Of a stretch of 64,000 nt of DNA, positions 20,125 through 30,016 are shown piece after piece (the stretch's first letter is position 1; every line of letters begins with the position of its first letter). The notes beneath the pieces are model-generated. The model did not search any database, was not told the DNA's origin, and was given only the letters and a program-made list of their open reading frames with translations. Origin of the DNA: a bacterium (GTDB taxonomy: Bacteria > Desulfobacterota > Desulfobulbia > Desulfobulbales > Desulfobulbaceae). Location of the stretch: positions 18,654 through 82,653 of the forward strand of contig JAUNUN010000001.1 of the NCBI GenBank assembly GCA_030538155.1, read 5' to 3'. Made by a program: the position numbers and the translations under genes.

Positions 20125-20141
20125 GTGCAGTATGCACTTTT
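20125..20141 (+). terminator. Weak stem-loop with a T-run in the convergent DUF523/tatC gap
   Basis: GTGCA-gta-TGCAC followed by TTTT, nested inside an outer GCGCG/CGCGC pairing. The stem is short. Confidence 0.3.
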
Positions 20142-20147
20142 GCGCGC

Positions 20148-20882
20148 TCACTCTTCCTGCCTGTCCTCCTGCGGCTCGGGCCGTTTCTCCAGCCTGAAGA
20201 CGCGAATCAGGACTATGCCCGTTTCATAGAGAAAATAAAGGGGCAGGCCCATCAAGCCCATGTTGACCACATCCGGCGTCGGGGTCAGCACTGCCGCCAG
20301 AATGGCAATGGCCAGGATGGCATAGCGCCGGTTACGCTCAAAGGCCCTACGGCTGATGAGGCCCACGCGTGTGCAGAAAATCATGAAAACCGGCAGTTCA
20401 AAGACCAGGCCGAAGACCAGCACAAAGACACTGATAAAGTTGGCAAAGCGGTTGATCGCAATGACTGCCGCAAGCGTCCGGCCCTCAAAACCCAATAAAA
20501 ACTGAATACCAAAGGGTAGGGTCACAAGATAGCAGAAGGTGGCGCCGCCATAGAACAGCAGGCTGGTGGCCAGTACAAAACTGAAACGCTGACCCGCGCT
20601 CATGCCGAAGGGTGCTGCCAACGCCCGCCAGAGCACGTGCAGCAGCAGGGGCATGAGGACAAACAGCGCACCGAAAAAGGCCAGCTTGACATGGGCCAGA
20701 AAGGGTTCGGCCACGGAGAAGAAATGCAACCGGCCGCCGATGTGCTCCTGCACGACTCGTAAAAGATCCCCGGAAAAGAGAAACAGGAGCAGCGTCAGGC
20801 CGATGAGCGACACGCCTAAAAGGCGCAACGAGCGCCTCAGTTCGGTGAGGAAAAGAACGATAGCGCTCCGGTTGATGTGCAT
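20148..20882 (-). CDS. tatC: Twin-arginine translocase subunit TatC
   Basis: LTELRRSL N-terminus and six hydrophobic segments. Start placed at MHINRS (ATG 20882, GAGG 5 nt upstream). The ORF-track start at 20969 is probably too long. Confidence 0.85.
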   Translation of the reverse strand: MHINRSAIVLFLTELRRSLRLLGVSLIGLTLLLFLFSGDLLRVVQEHIGGRLHFFSVAEPFLAHVKLAFFGALFVLMPLLLHVLWRALAAPFGMSAGQRFSFVLATSLLFYGGATFCYLVTLPFGIQFLLGFEGRTLAAVIAINRFANFISVFVLVFGLVFELPVFMIFCTRVGLISRRAFERNRRYAILAIAILAAVLTPTPDVVNMGLMGLPLYFLYETGIVLIRVFRLEKRPEPQEDRQEE

Positions 20883-21118
20883 GATACCTCTGTCCTTCGT
20901 AGTGGGCTGATTTGCCTTGAAAATAGCAAAAGAGCCCGAGGGCTGCAAGGCTTCCCTGTAGAATCGCATGTGGGCCGGCTCGGCAAAAGATATCCGCCGA
21001 AGCCGTAACCTGCATAGGAGTAGCGGGGCCGGGGTGCCGGGATTACGCCTTGCGCTCCCCCAAGCGGCATGCTAATTTTTTAGGTTCTTAACAGGAAGAA
21101 CCACTCCTTCAACCTTTC

Positions 21119-21149
21119 ACACCTATACATCACCTATAAACCACCTATA
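21119..21149 (+). repeat. Three tandem CACCTATA direct repeats (11-12 nt period) abutting the serS start
   Basis: CACCTATAcat CACCTATAaac CACCTATAact, ending 5 nt before the ATG at 21155. Confidence 0.6.
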
Positions 21150-21154
21150 ACTCC

Positions 21155-22438
21155 ATGCTTGAACTACGCTTTGTCCGCGAAAATATGGAACTGGTGCGGC
21201 AGAAATGCGAGCTGCGCCGTCTTGATCCCAGCCTGCTCGAACGCTTCGGCGAGAGTGATGGTCGACGTTTGGAGCTGCTCTCCCAGGTAGAGGGCCTGAA
21301 GAATAAGCGCAACACGGTTTCTAAAGAGATTGCCCATCTGAAGAAGGAAGGGGCACAGCAGGAGGCCGAGGCCCGCATTCAGGAGATGAAGGCGGTCTCT
21401 GAAGAGATCAAGGAACTGGACACCCGGCTGGCCCAGATTGAGGAAGAGTTGCAGGCCGTGATCATGTCCATCCCAAATCTCTGCGACGACAGTGTTCCGG
21501 CAGGCACCGGCGAGGTCGACAACGTAGAGATCAAGCGCTGGGGCGAGCCGCCGGACTTTTCCTTTGAGGCCCTGCCCCACTGGGAACTGGGGGAGAAGCT
21601 CGACATCCTGGACTTTGAAACCGCAGCCCAACTTGCCGGTGCGCGCTTTGCCGTGCTCAAGGGTTTCGGCGCGCGGCTCTCGCGGGCCCTGGTCAACTTT
21701 TTTCTGGATCTGCATACCCAGCGCCACGGTTACAGCGAAGTCCTGCCGCCCTTTCTCGTCAATTCCGCCGCCATGACCGGCACGGGCCAGTTACCCAAGT
21801 TCAGCGAAGATCTGTTCCGCATCGAAGGCTGGGATCTCTGGCTCATCCCCACGGCAGAGGTGCCGGTTACCAACCTCTATGCCAATCAGACCCTGGCCGA
21901 GGAGCAGCTCCCGCTCAAACACACCGCCTATACGCCCTGCTTTCGCTCCGAGGCGGGCTCCTACGGCAAAGACACCCGTGGCCTCATCCGCCAGCATCAG
22001 TTTGAGAAGGTGGAACTGGTGAAATTCACCACGCCCGAGCAATCGGCCCAAGAGCTGGAATCACTTTTGGCCGATGCGGAAGAGGTGCTGCAACTGCTGG
22101 AGCTGCCCTACCGGGTGGTGAGCCTGTGCAGCGGCGATCTCGGCTTTTCCGCTGCCAAAACCTATGATATCGAGGTCTGGTTGCCCGGCCAGAACACCTA
22201 CCGGGAGATTTCCTCCTGCTCCAACTTCATGGACTTCCAGGCCAGACGGGCCGGTATCAGGTACCGGCCCAAGGGCAGTCAGAAGAGCAGGCTGGTGCAT
22301 ACCTTAAACGGCTCCGGCCTGGCTGTGGGCCGCACCCTGCTCGCCATCCTGGAAAATTACCAGCAGGCAGACGGCAGCATTGCCCTGCCCAAGGTGCTTG
22401 AGCCGTACTTTAGCGAGCGTTTTGCGCCCAAGAGCTGA
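21155..22438 (+). CDS. serS: Seryl-tRNA synthetase
   Basis: N-terminal coiled-coil arm and class II motifs ([43 protein letters not shown]). Confidence 0.97.
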   Translation: MLELRFVRENMELVRQKCELRRLDPSLLERFGESDGRRLELLSQVEGLKNKRNTVSKEIAHLKKEGAQQEAEARIQEMKAVSEEIKELDTRLAQIEEELQAVIMSIPNLCDDSVPAGTGEVDNVEIKRWGEPPDFSFEALPHWELGEKLDILDFETAAQLAGARFAVLKGFGARLSRALVNFFLDLHTQRHGYSEVLPPFLVNSAAMTGTGQLPKFSEDLFRIEGWDLWLIPTAEVPVTNLYANQTLAEEQLPLKHTAYTPCFRSEAGSYGKDTRGLIRQHQFEKVELVKFTTPEQSAQELESLLADAEEVLQLLELPYRVVSLCSGDLGFSAAKTYDIEVWLPGQNTYREISSCSNFMDFQARRAGIRYRPKGSQKSRLVHTLNGSGLAVGRTLLAILENYQQADGSIALPKVLEPYFSERFAPKS

Positions 22439-22462
22439 TTGCCCTGATTCCGGCCCGCCGCT

Positions 22463-23410
22463 CTATTCTTTCTGCTCCCTGCCTGCGAGCGCAAGCTCGA
22501 TCAGTTTGTCGAGGAGGGCCGCAAACGGGTAGCCGGCCGCAGCCGCAGCCTGGGGAAAGAGGCTGGTTGGGGTCATGCCGGGGATGGTGTTGGTTTCTAG
22601 AAGATAGAGCTGGTTATCGCGGGAGAGCATCATATCCGTGCGGCTGTAGCCCTTCAGGCCCAGGCAGCGGTGCGCAGTCAGGGCATATTCCTGCGCCTTG
22701 ATGCGGATGGTCTCATCCACCTCCGCCGGGCAGACCTCCTTGGTTGCCCCCGGCTGGTACTTGGCCTCGTAGTTGAAAAAGGCGTAGCGGCTATCCGGGA
22801 TGATTTCTATAAGCGGCAGGGCCTGCAGATCTTCATTGCCGAGCACGGCTGCGGTCAGCTCACGGCCCTGGATATACTGCTCAACCATCACCTGGCTATC
22901 GTGTTCAAAGGCCAGAGCTAGGGCCGACCCCAGTTCCTCTTCTTTATGCACAATGGACATACCGATGGAGGAACCCTGACGCACGGGTTTGACCACACAG
23001 GGCAGGCCCACTCCGCCGAGCAGGCGCGCAGGCTTGTCGATATCGGCTTGTTCCGCCATCAGCCAGCCGGCAACCGGCAAACCGCTCTCCCGGTACAGGG
23101 TCTTGGCCAGATTCTTGTCCATGGCAGCGGCACTGCCCAGTACACCCGCGCCCTGATAGGGAATATCCAGCAGTTCAAGAAAACCCTGAATAGTGCCGTC
23201 CTCGCCATACAGGCCGTGGAGCAAAATAAAGGCGGCGTCAAGCCTGTCTGCATCTGCGGCCAGGCGGGCGAGATCTGTTGCCGGATCGTAGCGGGTGACC
23301 GCATATTTCTCCGCATCAAGCGCGGCAGCCACGCCGACCGCCCCTTTTAAGGAAACCTCCCGCTCATCAGACTTGCCGCCGGCAATAAGGGCCAAACGAA
23401 TTTTTTTCAT
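22463..23410 (-). CDS. ddl: D-alanine--D-alanine ligase
   Basis: MKKIRLALIAGGKSDEREVS..., LHGLYGEDGTIQGFLELLDIPYQG and ETNTIPGMT motifs. ATG 23410 is preceded by AAAGGAGG at 5 nt. The frame stays open upstream to 23836 (next feature). Confidence 0.9.
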   Translation of the reverse strand: MKKIRLALIAGGKSDEREVSLKGAVGVAAALDAEKYAVTRYDPATDLARLAADADRLDAAFILLHGLYGEDGTIQGFLELLDIPYQGAGVLGSAAAMDKNLAKTLYRESGLPVAGWLMAEQADIDKPARLLGGVGLPCVVKPVRQGSSIGMSIVHKEEELGSALALAFEHDSQVMVEQYIQGRELTAAVLGNEDLQALPLIEIIPDSRYAFFNYEAKYQPGATKEVCPAEVDETIRIKAQEYALTAHRCLGLKGYSRTDMMLSRDNQLYLLETNTIPGMTPTSLFPQAAAAAGYPFAALLDKLIELALAGREQKE

Positions 23411-23836
23411 CACGTCCTCCTTTGGGTTCATGGGCTGATTGACTGGCTGTTTGGACGGCGTCCTTGGTGCTGCTCGGCCGTTTGACAGGTTAAAATCCGC
23501 CTGCAGCTGGCGCTCCTGCCGCCGGCCCAGCTGTTGGAGCAGCAGATACCAGCCAGCCGTTGCCAGCACTGCCGTCAGGGTGGCTAGGCCAAGCTGCCAG
23601 GCCATGCTGAGTTTTTTTAAAAGAGCAATATTTTCCACCAGCCAAAAGCTCAGCACCAAAAAGCAGACATGGAAAAAGCTGAATATTCCCCACAGATACA
23701 CCAAACGCCACCACAGCCAGGGATGGGTTTCGGGCGGCCTGAGGCCCACCCTTTCGTAGGGCAAAAAGGCGATGCTCCCGCCAATAAGAGCGGCAAGCAG
23801 CAGGTAGGCAACGGAGAAGTTCACAACATATCCCAC
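23411..23836 (-). other. In-frame upstream extension of ddl encoding three predicted TM helices (coding status uncertain)
   Basis: 142 codons with no stop, in the ddl frame. The F/W/L/I-rich segments (VVNFSVAYLLLAALIGGSIAFL, LWWRLVYLWGIFSFFHVCFLVLSFWLV, LGLATLTAVLATAGWYLLL) are unlike chance GC-rich ORFs. The only start is a GTG at 23836 with no obvious SD. Confidence 0.4.
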
Positions 23837-23881
23837 AAAGAGGCCAAAAGTTGCGCTGAAGGGCTGCAGCCTTGCGGCCTG

Positions 23882-25132
23882 CTACGGCTCCGGTGTGCGG
23901 CCGGCTCTGGATTTTTTCGTTCCCCTGCTCTTTTCGGCCCCCGGGGCTGGCAGCCAGGCATGGAGAAACCAAAGAACGAGGGCCAGGGCAGCCACCAGCA
24001 TGGTCATTATGGCCAGCACCTGTTGCTTATCCTGCCAGTTGTGGGAAAAAACCCAGATTCCGGCAGCGCCGAAGACAAAGTAAAAAAACACCATCAAGGA
24101 CGAGGCCGAGCCCACATCCGTACTCACCTCTTCTAAAATGAGGTTGTTGCCTGCCGGTCTGCAAAAGGAAAAACAAAAGGTGGTCCAGAGCATGGGCAGG
24201 GCCAGCCGCCAGGGAACGGGCAAGACCGGCAGTAAAAGCGCCAGCCCACCCGAGAACATACCGCAAAAGGCCAGGGGGATGAGCAGCCGCACACTGTAGT
24301 GGCGCGAAACCCTGGCAAAGGTGAGTGGGGCAAGAATGAAGGCTGCGGAGTTGAAGGCAAAGAAATACCCGTACTGCTGGGCGCTATACCCCATGGTGTT
24401 CATGTACAGGTCTGCCGAGCCGCCGATAAAGGCGAAAAGCGGCATGCCTATAAGCGAGAAGAGCAGAAGCTGGCGCACATAGCCCTGATTGATGAGCAGG
24501 CGCGCATAACCGAGAAACACCGAATCCAGGCCCGCGTTGCTCTTTTCGGGCAGGGTTTCCCGCATGAAGTAGACCCCGACCAGGGCAATGCAGCCCAAGA
24601 GGGCCTGGAACACAAAGATCCAGTGCCAGGACAGGATTTTGAGGAGCCAGCCGCCCAAAACCGGGGCCAGCATGGGGGCTGCGGCCACAATGGCACCGAT
24701 CTGCACAAAGACCTTCTGCCGCTCCGTGCCGCTGAAGCGATCCTTGCTGGTGGCAAAGACCACTGCAGAGGAGGCCGAAGCGCCCGCGCCCTGCAAAAAA
24801 CGGCCGACAATCATCATCTCCACACTCGTGGCCAGGGCGCAGAGCAGGGAGGCAGCCACAAAGATGCTTATACCGGCAAATAAAGGCGGTTTTCTGCCGA
24901 AACGGTCGGACAGCGGCCCATGGATGAGGAGAAAGCAGCAGTAGGATAGAAAGAAGACTACCAGGCTCAGGTTGACCTGGGCAAAAGAAACGCCCCACTC
25001 CTCCTGCAACTGCGGCAGGGCCGGCAGGTACATATCCGTTGCCAGCGGCGGAAAGGCGGACAAAAGCGAGAGCAAAAGGATGATGGGTGGGAAACGTCGG
25101 CGCAGGCCGTTGTGGAAACTACGAAGGCTCAT
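23882..25132 (-). CDS. MFS transporter, Bcr/CflA drug-resistance subfamily
   Basis: 12 hydrophobic segments, LATDMYLPALP and the GPLSDRFGRKP motif A. Confidence 0.9.
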   Translation of the reverse strand: MSLRSFHNGLRRRFPPIILLLSLLSAFPPLATDMYLPALPQLQEEWGVSFAQVNLSLVVFFLSYCCFLLIHGPLSDRFGRKPPLFAGISIFVAASLLCALATSVEMMIVGRFLQGAGASASSAVVFATSKDRFSGTERQKVFVQIGAIVAAAPMLAPVLGGWLLKILSWHWIFVFQALLGCIALVGVYFMRETLPEKSNAGLDSVFLGYARLLINQGYVRQLLLFSLIGMPLFAFIGGSADLYMNTMGYSAQQYGYFFAFNSAAFILAPLTFARVSRHYSVRLLIPLAFCGMFSGGLALLLPVLPVPWRLALPMLWTTFCFSFCRPAGNNLILEEVSTDVGSASSLMVFFYFVFGAAGIWVFSHNWQDKQQVLAIMTMLVAALALVLWFLHAWLPAPGAEKSRGTKKSRAGRTPEP

Positions 25133-25166
25133 AGAAGCTCAACCTGTGGCAAAAGAGCGGCCCGCT

Positions 25167-26669
25167 TCAAGCCTGCGGTGCATCTTCAGGCACCTGGGAC
25201 TGGGGAGACGGCAAGGGCAGGGTAATGGTGAAGCAACTGCCCGCGCCCACCAGGCTTGCCACTTCAATCTTGCCGCCATGCTTTTCGACGATGCTGCGGG
25301 CAATGGCCAAACCCAGACCGGTGCCGCGGTTTTTATCGGTGTAAAAGGGGTTGAATATCTGGCTCAAGGCCTCCGGCGCGATGCCGCAGCCGGTATCGGT
25401 GATGGAAAGGGAAACGCCTTCACCCGGCAGCGCAAGCTGGGTTTCCAGGTGCAGCCGTCCTCCCTGGAGCATGGCCTGGCCGGCGTTGAAGATAATATTG
25501 AAGACCACCTGGTAAATATGCTCGCTATCCAGGAGAACATCCGGCAGATCCGGGCTGAACTGGACGTCGACCTCGATATTCTTGCGCTCAAGCTCAGAGT
25601 GCAGAAAACGGATCGCCCGTTCAGCCGGTTCCTGTAACTGCCCCAAAATCATTTTCGCTTCGCGCGGCCGGGCAAAATCGAGAAATTCCCGCACTATCCT
25701 GTCAAGCCTAGTGGTCTCTTCCACGATGATGGTTGCCAGGCGCTCATTGCCTGGGGCCAATTTGCCGATGCGGCCGGCCAGAATTTCCGCGGTTGAGTGC
25801 ACAATCCCCAAAGGGTTTTTGATCTCATGGGAAACCGAGGCTACCATCTTCCCCAGCGAGGCCAGGCGTTGGGCTTCGTTGAGTTCTTCCTCAAGGCGCA
25901 GACGTTCTGCCGCGCGGCGCGCCATGGTGCGGTTTGCCTGCACCACAATCATGCTCAAAATGGCAAAGAGCAGCGACATAATGGCCAAAGACAAAACAAT
26001 CACCTTGGCCTGGAGCACAATAATGGCGTGCAGATCTTCGGAGATATCCTGCTCCACTTCGATCACGCCCATGATGTCGTCGGTCTGCTGGGCCAGGCGG
26101 GTTTCCTGGCGAAAGGGCACAAAGGTTTTCATAGAGCAGAAAATGGCGTCGCTGCCCGGCAGCAGGCTCAAAATAGAACCACTTGAAATAACGACGGAAT
26201 TTTTCTCTCCCCTGGCCGCCTTGCTGTACTCCAGCCCGCCCAGGCCGCGCCTGCCCATCAGGGGTTGCACCGTGGAATAGGCCACGATGTTTTCCACCGA
26301 GTCATAGATGGTGACCTCCTTGATGTGCATGCCCCTGGTCAGGTTTCTGACGATCTGATCCAGACGCTCGTACTGATCCTGGTTGGAGATGGCAATGCGG
26401 CCGTAGCGCACCACGGTCGGCAGCACAAACTGGACAAAGACCTGGCGGTTCAGGTTATCGGCAAAGAGCTGGGAATAGGCCTCGCTGCGCCGCAAGAGAG
26501 TGTTGCGGGCATTATCGGCAATCAGCCAGGACAGGGCAAAGGCTGCCAGCATGATGAGGACAAAGGAACTGAAGGCGAAATACTTGACCAGTGCAAAGGG
26601 TAAGAGACCGTCGTTGGTGCTCCTTTCTTTCAGGGAGCGCAGAAACTCGCGCAGATCAGGCATCGGCAT
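25167..26669 (-). CDS. Sensor histidine kinase (two TM helices, periplasmic sensor domain, HisKA plus HATPase_c)
   Basis: H-box SHEIKNPLG, N-box IIFNAGQA, and G-boxes DTGCGI and GTGLGLAIA. Start chosen at MPMPDLREF (26669), overlapping the radical SAM stop. No response regulator is adjacent. Confidence 0.88.
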   Translation of the reverse strand: MPMPDLREFLRSLKERSTNDGLLPFALVKYFAFSSFVLIMLAAFALSWLIADNARNTLLRRSEAYSQLFADNLNRQVFVQFVLPTVVRYGRIAISNQDQYERLDQIVRNLTRGMHIKEVTIYDSVENIVAYSTVQPLMGRRGLGGLEYSKAARGEKNSVVISSGSILSLLPGSDAIFCSMKTFVPFRQETRLAQQTDDIMGVIEVEQDISEDLHAIIVLQAKVIVLSLAIMSLLFAILSMIVVQANRTMARRAAERLRLEEELNEAQRLASLGKMVASVSHEIKNPLGIVHSTAEILAGRIGKLAPGNERLATIIVEETTRLDRIVREFLDFARPREAKMILGQLQEPAERAIRFLHSELERKNIEVDVQFSPDLPDVLLDSEHIYQVVFNIIFNAGQAMLQGGRLHLETQLALPGEGVSLSITDTGCGIAPEALSQIFNPFYTDKNRGTGLGLAIARSIVEKHGGKIEVASLVGAGSCFTITLPLPSPQSQVPEDAPQA

Positions 26670-28428
26670 GGCAGACCCCGCAGCGGCGGCAGCGTTCAGG
26701 TTCACAGGCAGCAGTGGCCAGGCCGCGCATGGACCGGCTGTACTCCTGCCACATATAGCCGGGGCTAAACCCGTGGTCAATCACACCCCAGGGAAAGAGT
26801 TCATCCCGGCTGCGCGGCCGCAGGGCATAGTCCCAAATACCAAAACCGGGCCGTGCCTGATCGATATATCGCTTCATCGCCATCTTGAAGGAGAGTTTAC
26901 CCGCGCCGCGGGCCAGAAGCACCGGTGCGATGCGCCGATCCGCCCTGGCATAGACCGCCTGTTCCAGGGCCTGTTCCGGTGAGTCACAGATGAAGTGCAG
27001 ATTTGCCTCGTCTTTGAGCAGGCGACGCAGAAGCCTGGTCTTTTCCTTGAGCGAGCTCAGGGCCAGACTGAGCTGGTCTGCCGGGCGTAGATCCGAGTAC
27101 GCTTCAGGGCTCAGCCCGCCAAAGGCGCAGTATTGAAAAGGTGTCCAGGCCTTGGGCACAAAACAGTTGAGTGAAAGGCTCAGGGTGGTTAGCCTGCCGC
27201 GTGCCCTGCCCAGAGGCAGAATAGCGGCCCGGATGCTGCGGATCAATTCCGCAAACTCCGCCAGATCCGCCTCGGTTTCGCTTGGCAGGCCGATCATCAC
27301 ATAGACTTTCAGATGAAAAATGCCCGCCTCAACCAGCTGGACTGCAGCATTAAGCAGATCTTGGGCCTGGATGTTCTTGTTGATTATGCGGCGCAAACGC
27401 TCGGATGCGCCGTCTGCTGCAATGGCAGCACTCTTCAACTCCGATTTTCCAAGCACACTCAAAAGCTGGGGTGAGAGGCGATCGGCCCTGAGTGAAGAAA
27501 AGCTGAGCATGCAGCCGCTTGCCTGCACCTCTTGTGCAAGGCGGGCCGTATCCAGGCCTTCGCTCATCTCCATGCCCAAAAGCCCGATACGCCGCACATG
27601 TTCAGGCCTGTGTTGCAAGGCTTGCGCCACCGCATCCTGGGGCCAGAGCCGGGGCGGCCGGTAAACATATCCTGCCGCGCAGAAACGGCAGGCCTGGCTG
27701 CAGCCGCGGCCGAGTTCCACCATGTGCATATCCAGTTCAGCCTTAGGGGAATAGAGGCCGGAATGACCGGCAATCCGGGTCTTTTCCAGCACCGCCTTTT
27801 TTACCCTGTCCGGCAGTCCCTGCTCCGGCCTGATATGTTGCAGGCGACCGTTGTCGCCATACTCGAAATGATACAGGGCCGGGGCATAACAGCCATCAAG
27901 AGTGACTGCGATCCGGTAGAGCAGTTCCGGCCGCGAGTGTTCTGCATACTGCTTTAAAAAGACCATCAACTGCGGCAGGATCGCCTCTGCCTCGCCCAGG
28001 GCAACAAGATCGGCAAAGGCGGCCAGGGGCTCGGGGTTGATGAACATGGCCACCCCGCCGATCAACACCAGGGGCCTGCCGGGCTCAATCCGACCGCCCC
28101 GTTCTGCAGCCAAGGGAGGAATGCCGCCTGCTGCCAGCATGGCTGCCAGACGCGGATAGTCGTGTTCAAAACTGATGGAGGCAAAAACCAGGGGGAAATC
28201 CGTAAGCGGCCGGGAAGATTCCAGCGAACGCAAAGGCGCACCCTTGTCCGGATAGACAAAGCGCTCACAGACCAGGTCTTCATCTGCGTTCAGCAGGCCA
28301 TACACGAGCTGCAAGCCCAGATTGGATACCGCTACCGGGTAAAGGTTCGGATAGAGCAGGGCAACAGGCAAACGGCCTGTCCATTTTTTCCGGATGGTTC
28401 CGGCTTCATCGTCTAACGGTGTCGGCAC
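26656..28428 (-). CDS. B12-binding-domain radical SAM protein, uncharacterised family (TIGR03960-like)
   Basis: N-terminal Rossmann-like B12-type domain and the CX3CX2C motif GRGCSQACRFCAAGYVYRP. Substrate unknown. Confidence 0.85.
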   Translation of the reverse strand: MPTPLDDEAGTIRKKWTGRLPVALLYPNLYPVAVSNLGLQLVYGLLNADEDLVCERFVYPDKGAPLRSLESSRPLTDFPLVFASISFEHDYPRLAAMLAAGGIPPLAAERGGRIEPGRPLVLIGGVAMFINPEPLAAFADLVALGEAEAILPQLMVFLKQYAEHSRPELLYRIAVTLDGCYAPALYHFEYGDNGRLQHIRPEQGLPDRVKKAVLEKTRIAGHSGLYSPKAELDMHMVELGRGCSQACRFCAAGYVYRPPRLWPQDAVAQALQHRPEHVRRIGLLGMEMSEGLDTARLAQEVQASGCMLSFSSLRADRLSPQLLSVLGKSELKSAAIAADGASERLRRIINKNIQAQDLLNAAVQLVEAGIFHLKVYVMIGLPSETEADLAEFAELIRSIRAAILPLGRARGRLTTLSLSLNCFVPKAWTPFQYCAFGGLSPEAYSDLRPADQLSLALSSLKEKTRLLRRLLKDEANLHFICDSPEQALEQAVYARADRRIAPVLLARGAGKLSFKMAMKRYIDQARPGFGIWDYALRPRSRDELFPWGVIDHGFSPGYMWQEYSRSMRGLATAACEPERCRRCGVCHADA

Positions 28429-28620
28429 AGGCGAATCCCCTGCGGCAAATAGGGGGCAGAATCACGAACTCCCGGTCGCCGGCAGCAACCGGACTTGCCG
28501 GGCTCGGCAGGAACAGCTTGGAAGAGGAGGAAAAGAGACGCTTTGCAGCAGGTCTTGCAAACACCGGAGCAAAACGAATGTTTTGCCCCGGTATCACCAG
28601 GTTAAGTCCTGCTCCAACAA

Positions 28621-29940
28621 TCAGTTGGCACGCTTGCGCAAATAGGCAGGCGCATCCAGATCTTCGGTGTCGCGCGGCTCATCGAAAATGGGCTTGGGCA
28701 TCCGCGCCAGTCCCTTGGGCAGCTGGTTGGGCTGGGCCTGGGCCTCGGTTCCGTTTGGAGAACGTCCAGCGGGAACCGGCACGTTGTCGAAAGAATTTCT
28801 ACGGCTGCGCAAACGGGCGAGCGGAGAAGCCGTTGTGCCCACTGTGCGACGGCCAGGAAGGGTAGGCTCCATTTCAGTCTCTTCCTTGCTGCTGATGCCC
28901 GTGGCAATAACGGTGACCCGCATTTCATCGCCAAGGGATTCATCGTAGAGCACACCCACAATCACGGTGGCGTCTTCGTGCGCCTTTTCCTGAATCAGGG
29001 CGGCGGCTTCCTGGAATTCGGTCAGGGTGAGCGATTCCCTGGATGCCGACACATTGATCAGAAGCGCTCTTGCGCCGTCAATGCCCACATCCTCCAGCAA
29101 CTGGTTGTCAATGGCACGCTTGGCTGCCTCGACCGCGCGGTTTTCTCCATCAGCCACGCCTGTGCCCATGATGGCCGGGCCGACTTCGCGCATGACTGTT
29201 TTCAGGTCTTCAAAATCCACGTTGATCAGACCAGGCAGTTTGATCAGGTCGGTAATGCCGCGCACGGCCTGCAAAAGGACCTGATCCACCTGCAGCAGCA
29301 TGTCATGCATGCTGGAATTTTTATTCATCAGGCTGAGCAGGCGATCATTGGGCACGGTGATGATGGTGTCGGCATGCTCGCGCAGGGTCTGCCAGCCGAC
29401 CTCGGCATTGCGCATCCGCTTTTTGCCCTCAAAGTAGAAGGGCTTGCTCACCACGGCAACGGTCAGCGCTCCCACCTCCTTGCATGCCCTGGCAATGACC
29501 GGCACGGCACCGGTGCCGGTGCCGCCGCCAAGACCGGCGGTAATAAACACCATGTTCGCGCCATCCAGCATGGCGAGCAATTCGTCGTAACTTTCCTGGG
29601 CGGCATCCCGGCCACGATCCGGATCCGCACCCGCGCCCATGCCCTTGGTGATGTTTGAGCCCAGCTGCATCAGTTTGGGTGCGCGCGACAGGGCCAGGGC
29701 CTGCATATCGGTATTGGCGGCAATGAATTCCACTCCGGTCAGGTTGCTTTCCACCATGGTGTTGATGGCATTGCCGCCGCCGCCGCCGACGCCGATCACC
29801 TTGATGATGATATCCCCGCCCTGCTCTTCCGCCATCCTGTAGCCAGATGTCTTTTCCATGGATGCGCCGTCATTGTATGGATTATCGATGTCCTGTCCGC
29901 CTACCTCGTCAACAGGCTGCACGTTTTTTGTATCCGTCAT
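28621..29940 (-). CDS. ftsZ: Cell division GTPase FtsZ
   Basis: GVGGGGGNAINTM, the GGGTGTGAVPVIA tubulin signature, a long linker and a C-terminal DLDAPAYLRKR peptide. The start is ambiguous: GTG 29994, ATG 29940 (GAGG upstream), ATG 29859 or ATG 29835. Confidence 0.95.
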   Translation of the reverse strand: MTDTKNVQPVDEVGGQDIDNPYNDGASMEKTSGYRMAEEQGGDIIIKVIGVGGGGGNAINTMVESNLTGVEFIAANTDMQALALSRAPKLMQLGSNITKGMGAGADPDRGRDAAQESYDELLAMLDGANMVFITAGLGGGTGTGAVPVIARACKEVGALTVAVVSKPFYFEGKKRMRNAEVGWQTLREHADTIITVPNDRLLSLMNKNSSMHDMLLQVDQVLLQAVRGITDLIKLPGLINVDFEDLKTVMREVGPAIMGTGVADGENRAVEAAKRAIDNQLLEDVGIDGARALLINVSASRESLTLTEFQEAAALIQEKAHEDATVIVGVLYDESLGDEMRVTVIATGISSKEETEMEPTLPGRRTVGTTASPLARLRSRRNSFDNVPVPAGRSPNGTEAQAQPNQLPKGLARMPKPIFDEPRDTEDLDAPAYLRKRAN

Positions 29941-30016
29941 ATCCCGCCTCGCTTTCTTGTGGAGTTTGCTCGCATGCTTTTTAGTATTTCGCACAACACA
30001 CCTAAAACGCTCTTAT

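Noticed and set aside
21119-21149. Mini CRISPR-like or VNTR interpretation of the CACCTATA repeats.
   Set aside because: There are only three 8-nt units with 3-4-nt spacers, which is far too short for CRISPR. I kept it as a possible regulatory repeat.
28569-28586. GCAAAAC-gaat-GTTTTGC stem-loop after ftsZ as a terminator.
   Set aside because: The stem is AT-rich and has no adjoining T-run on the minus strand. The downstream radical SAM gene is probably co-transcribed.
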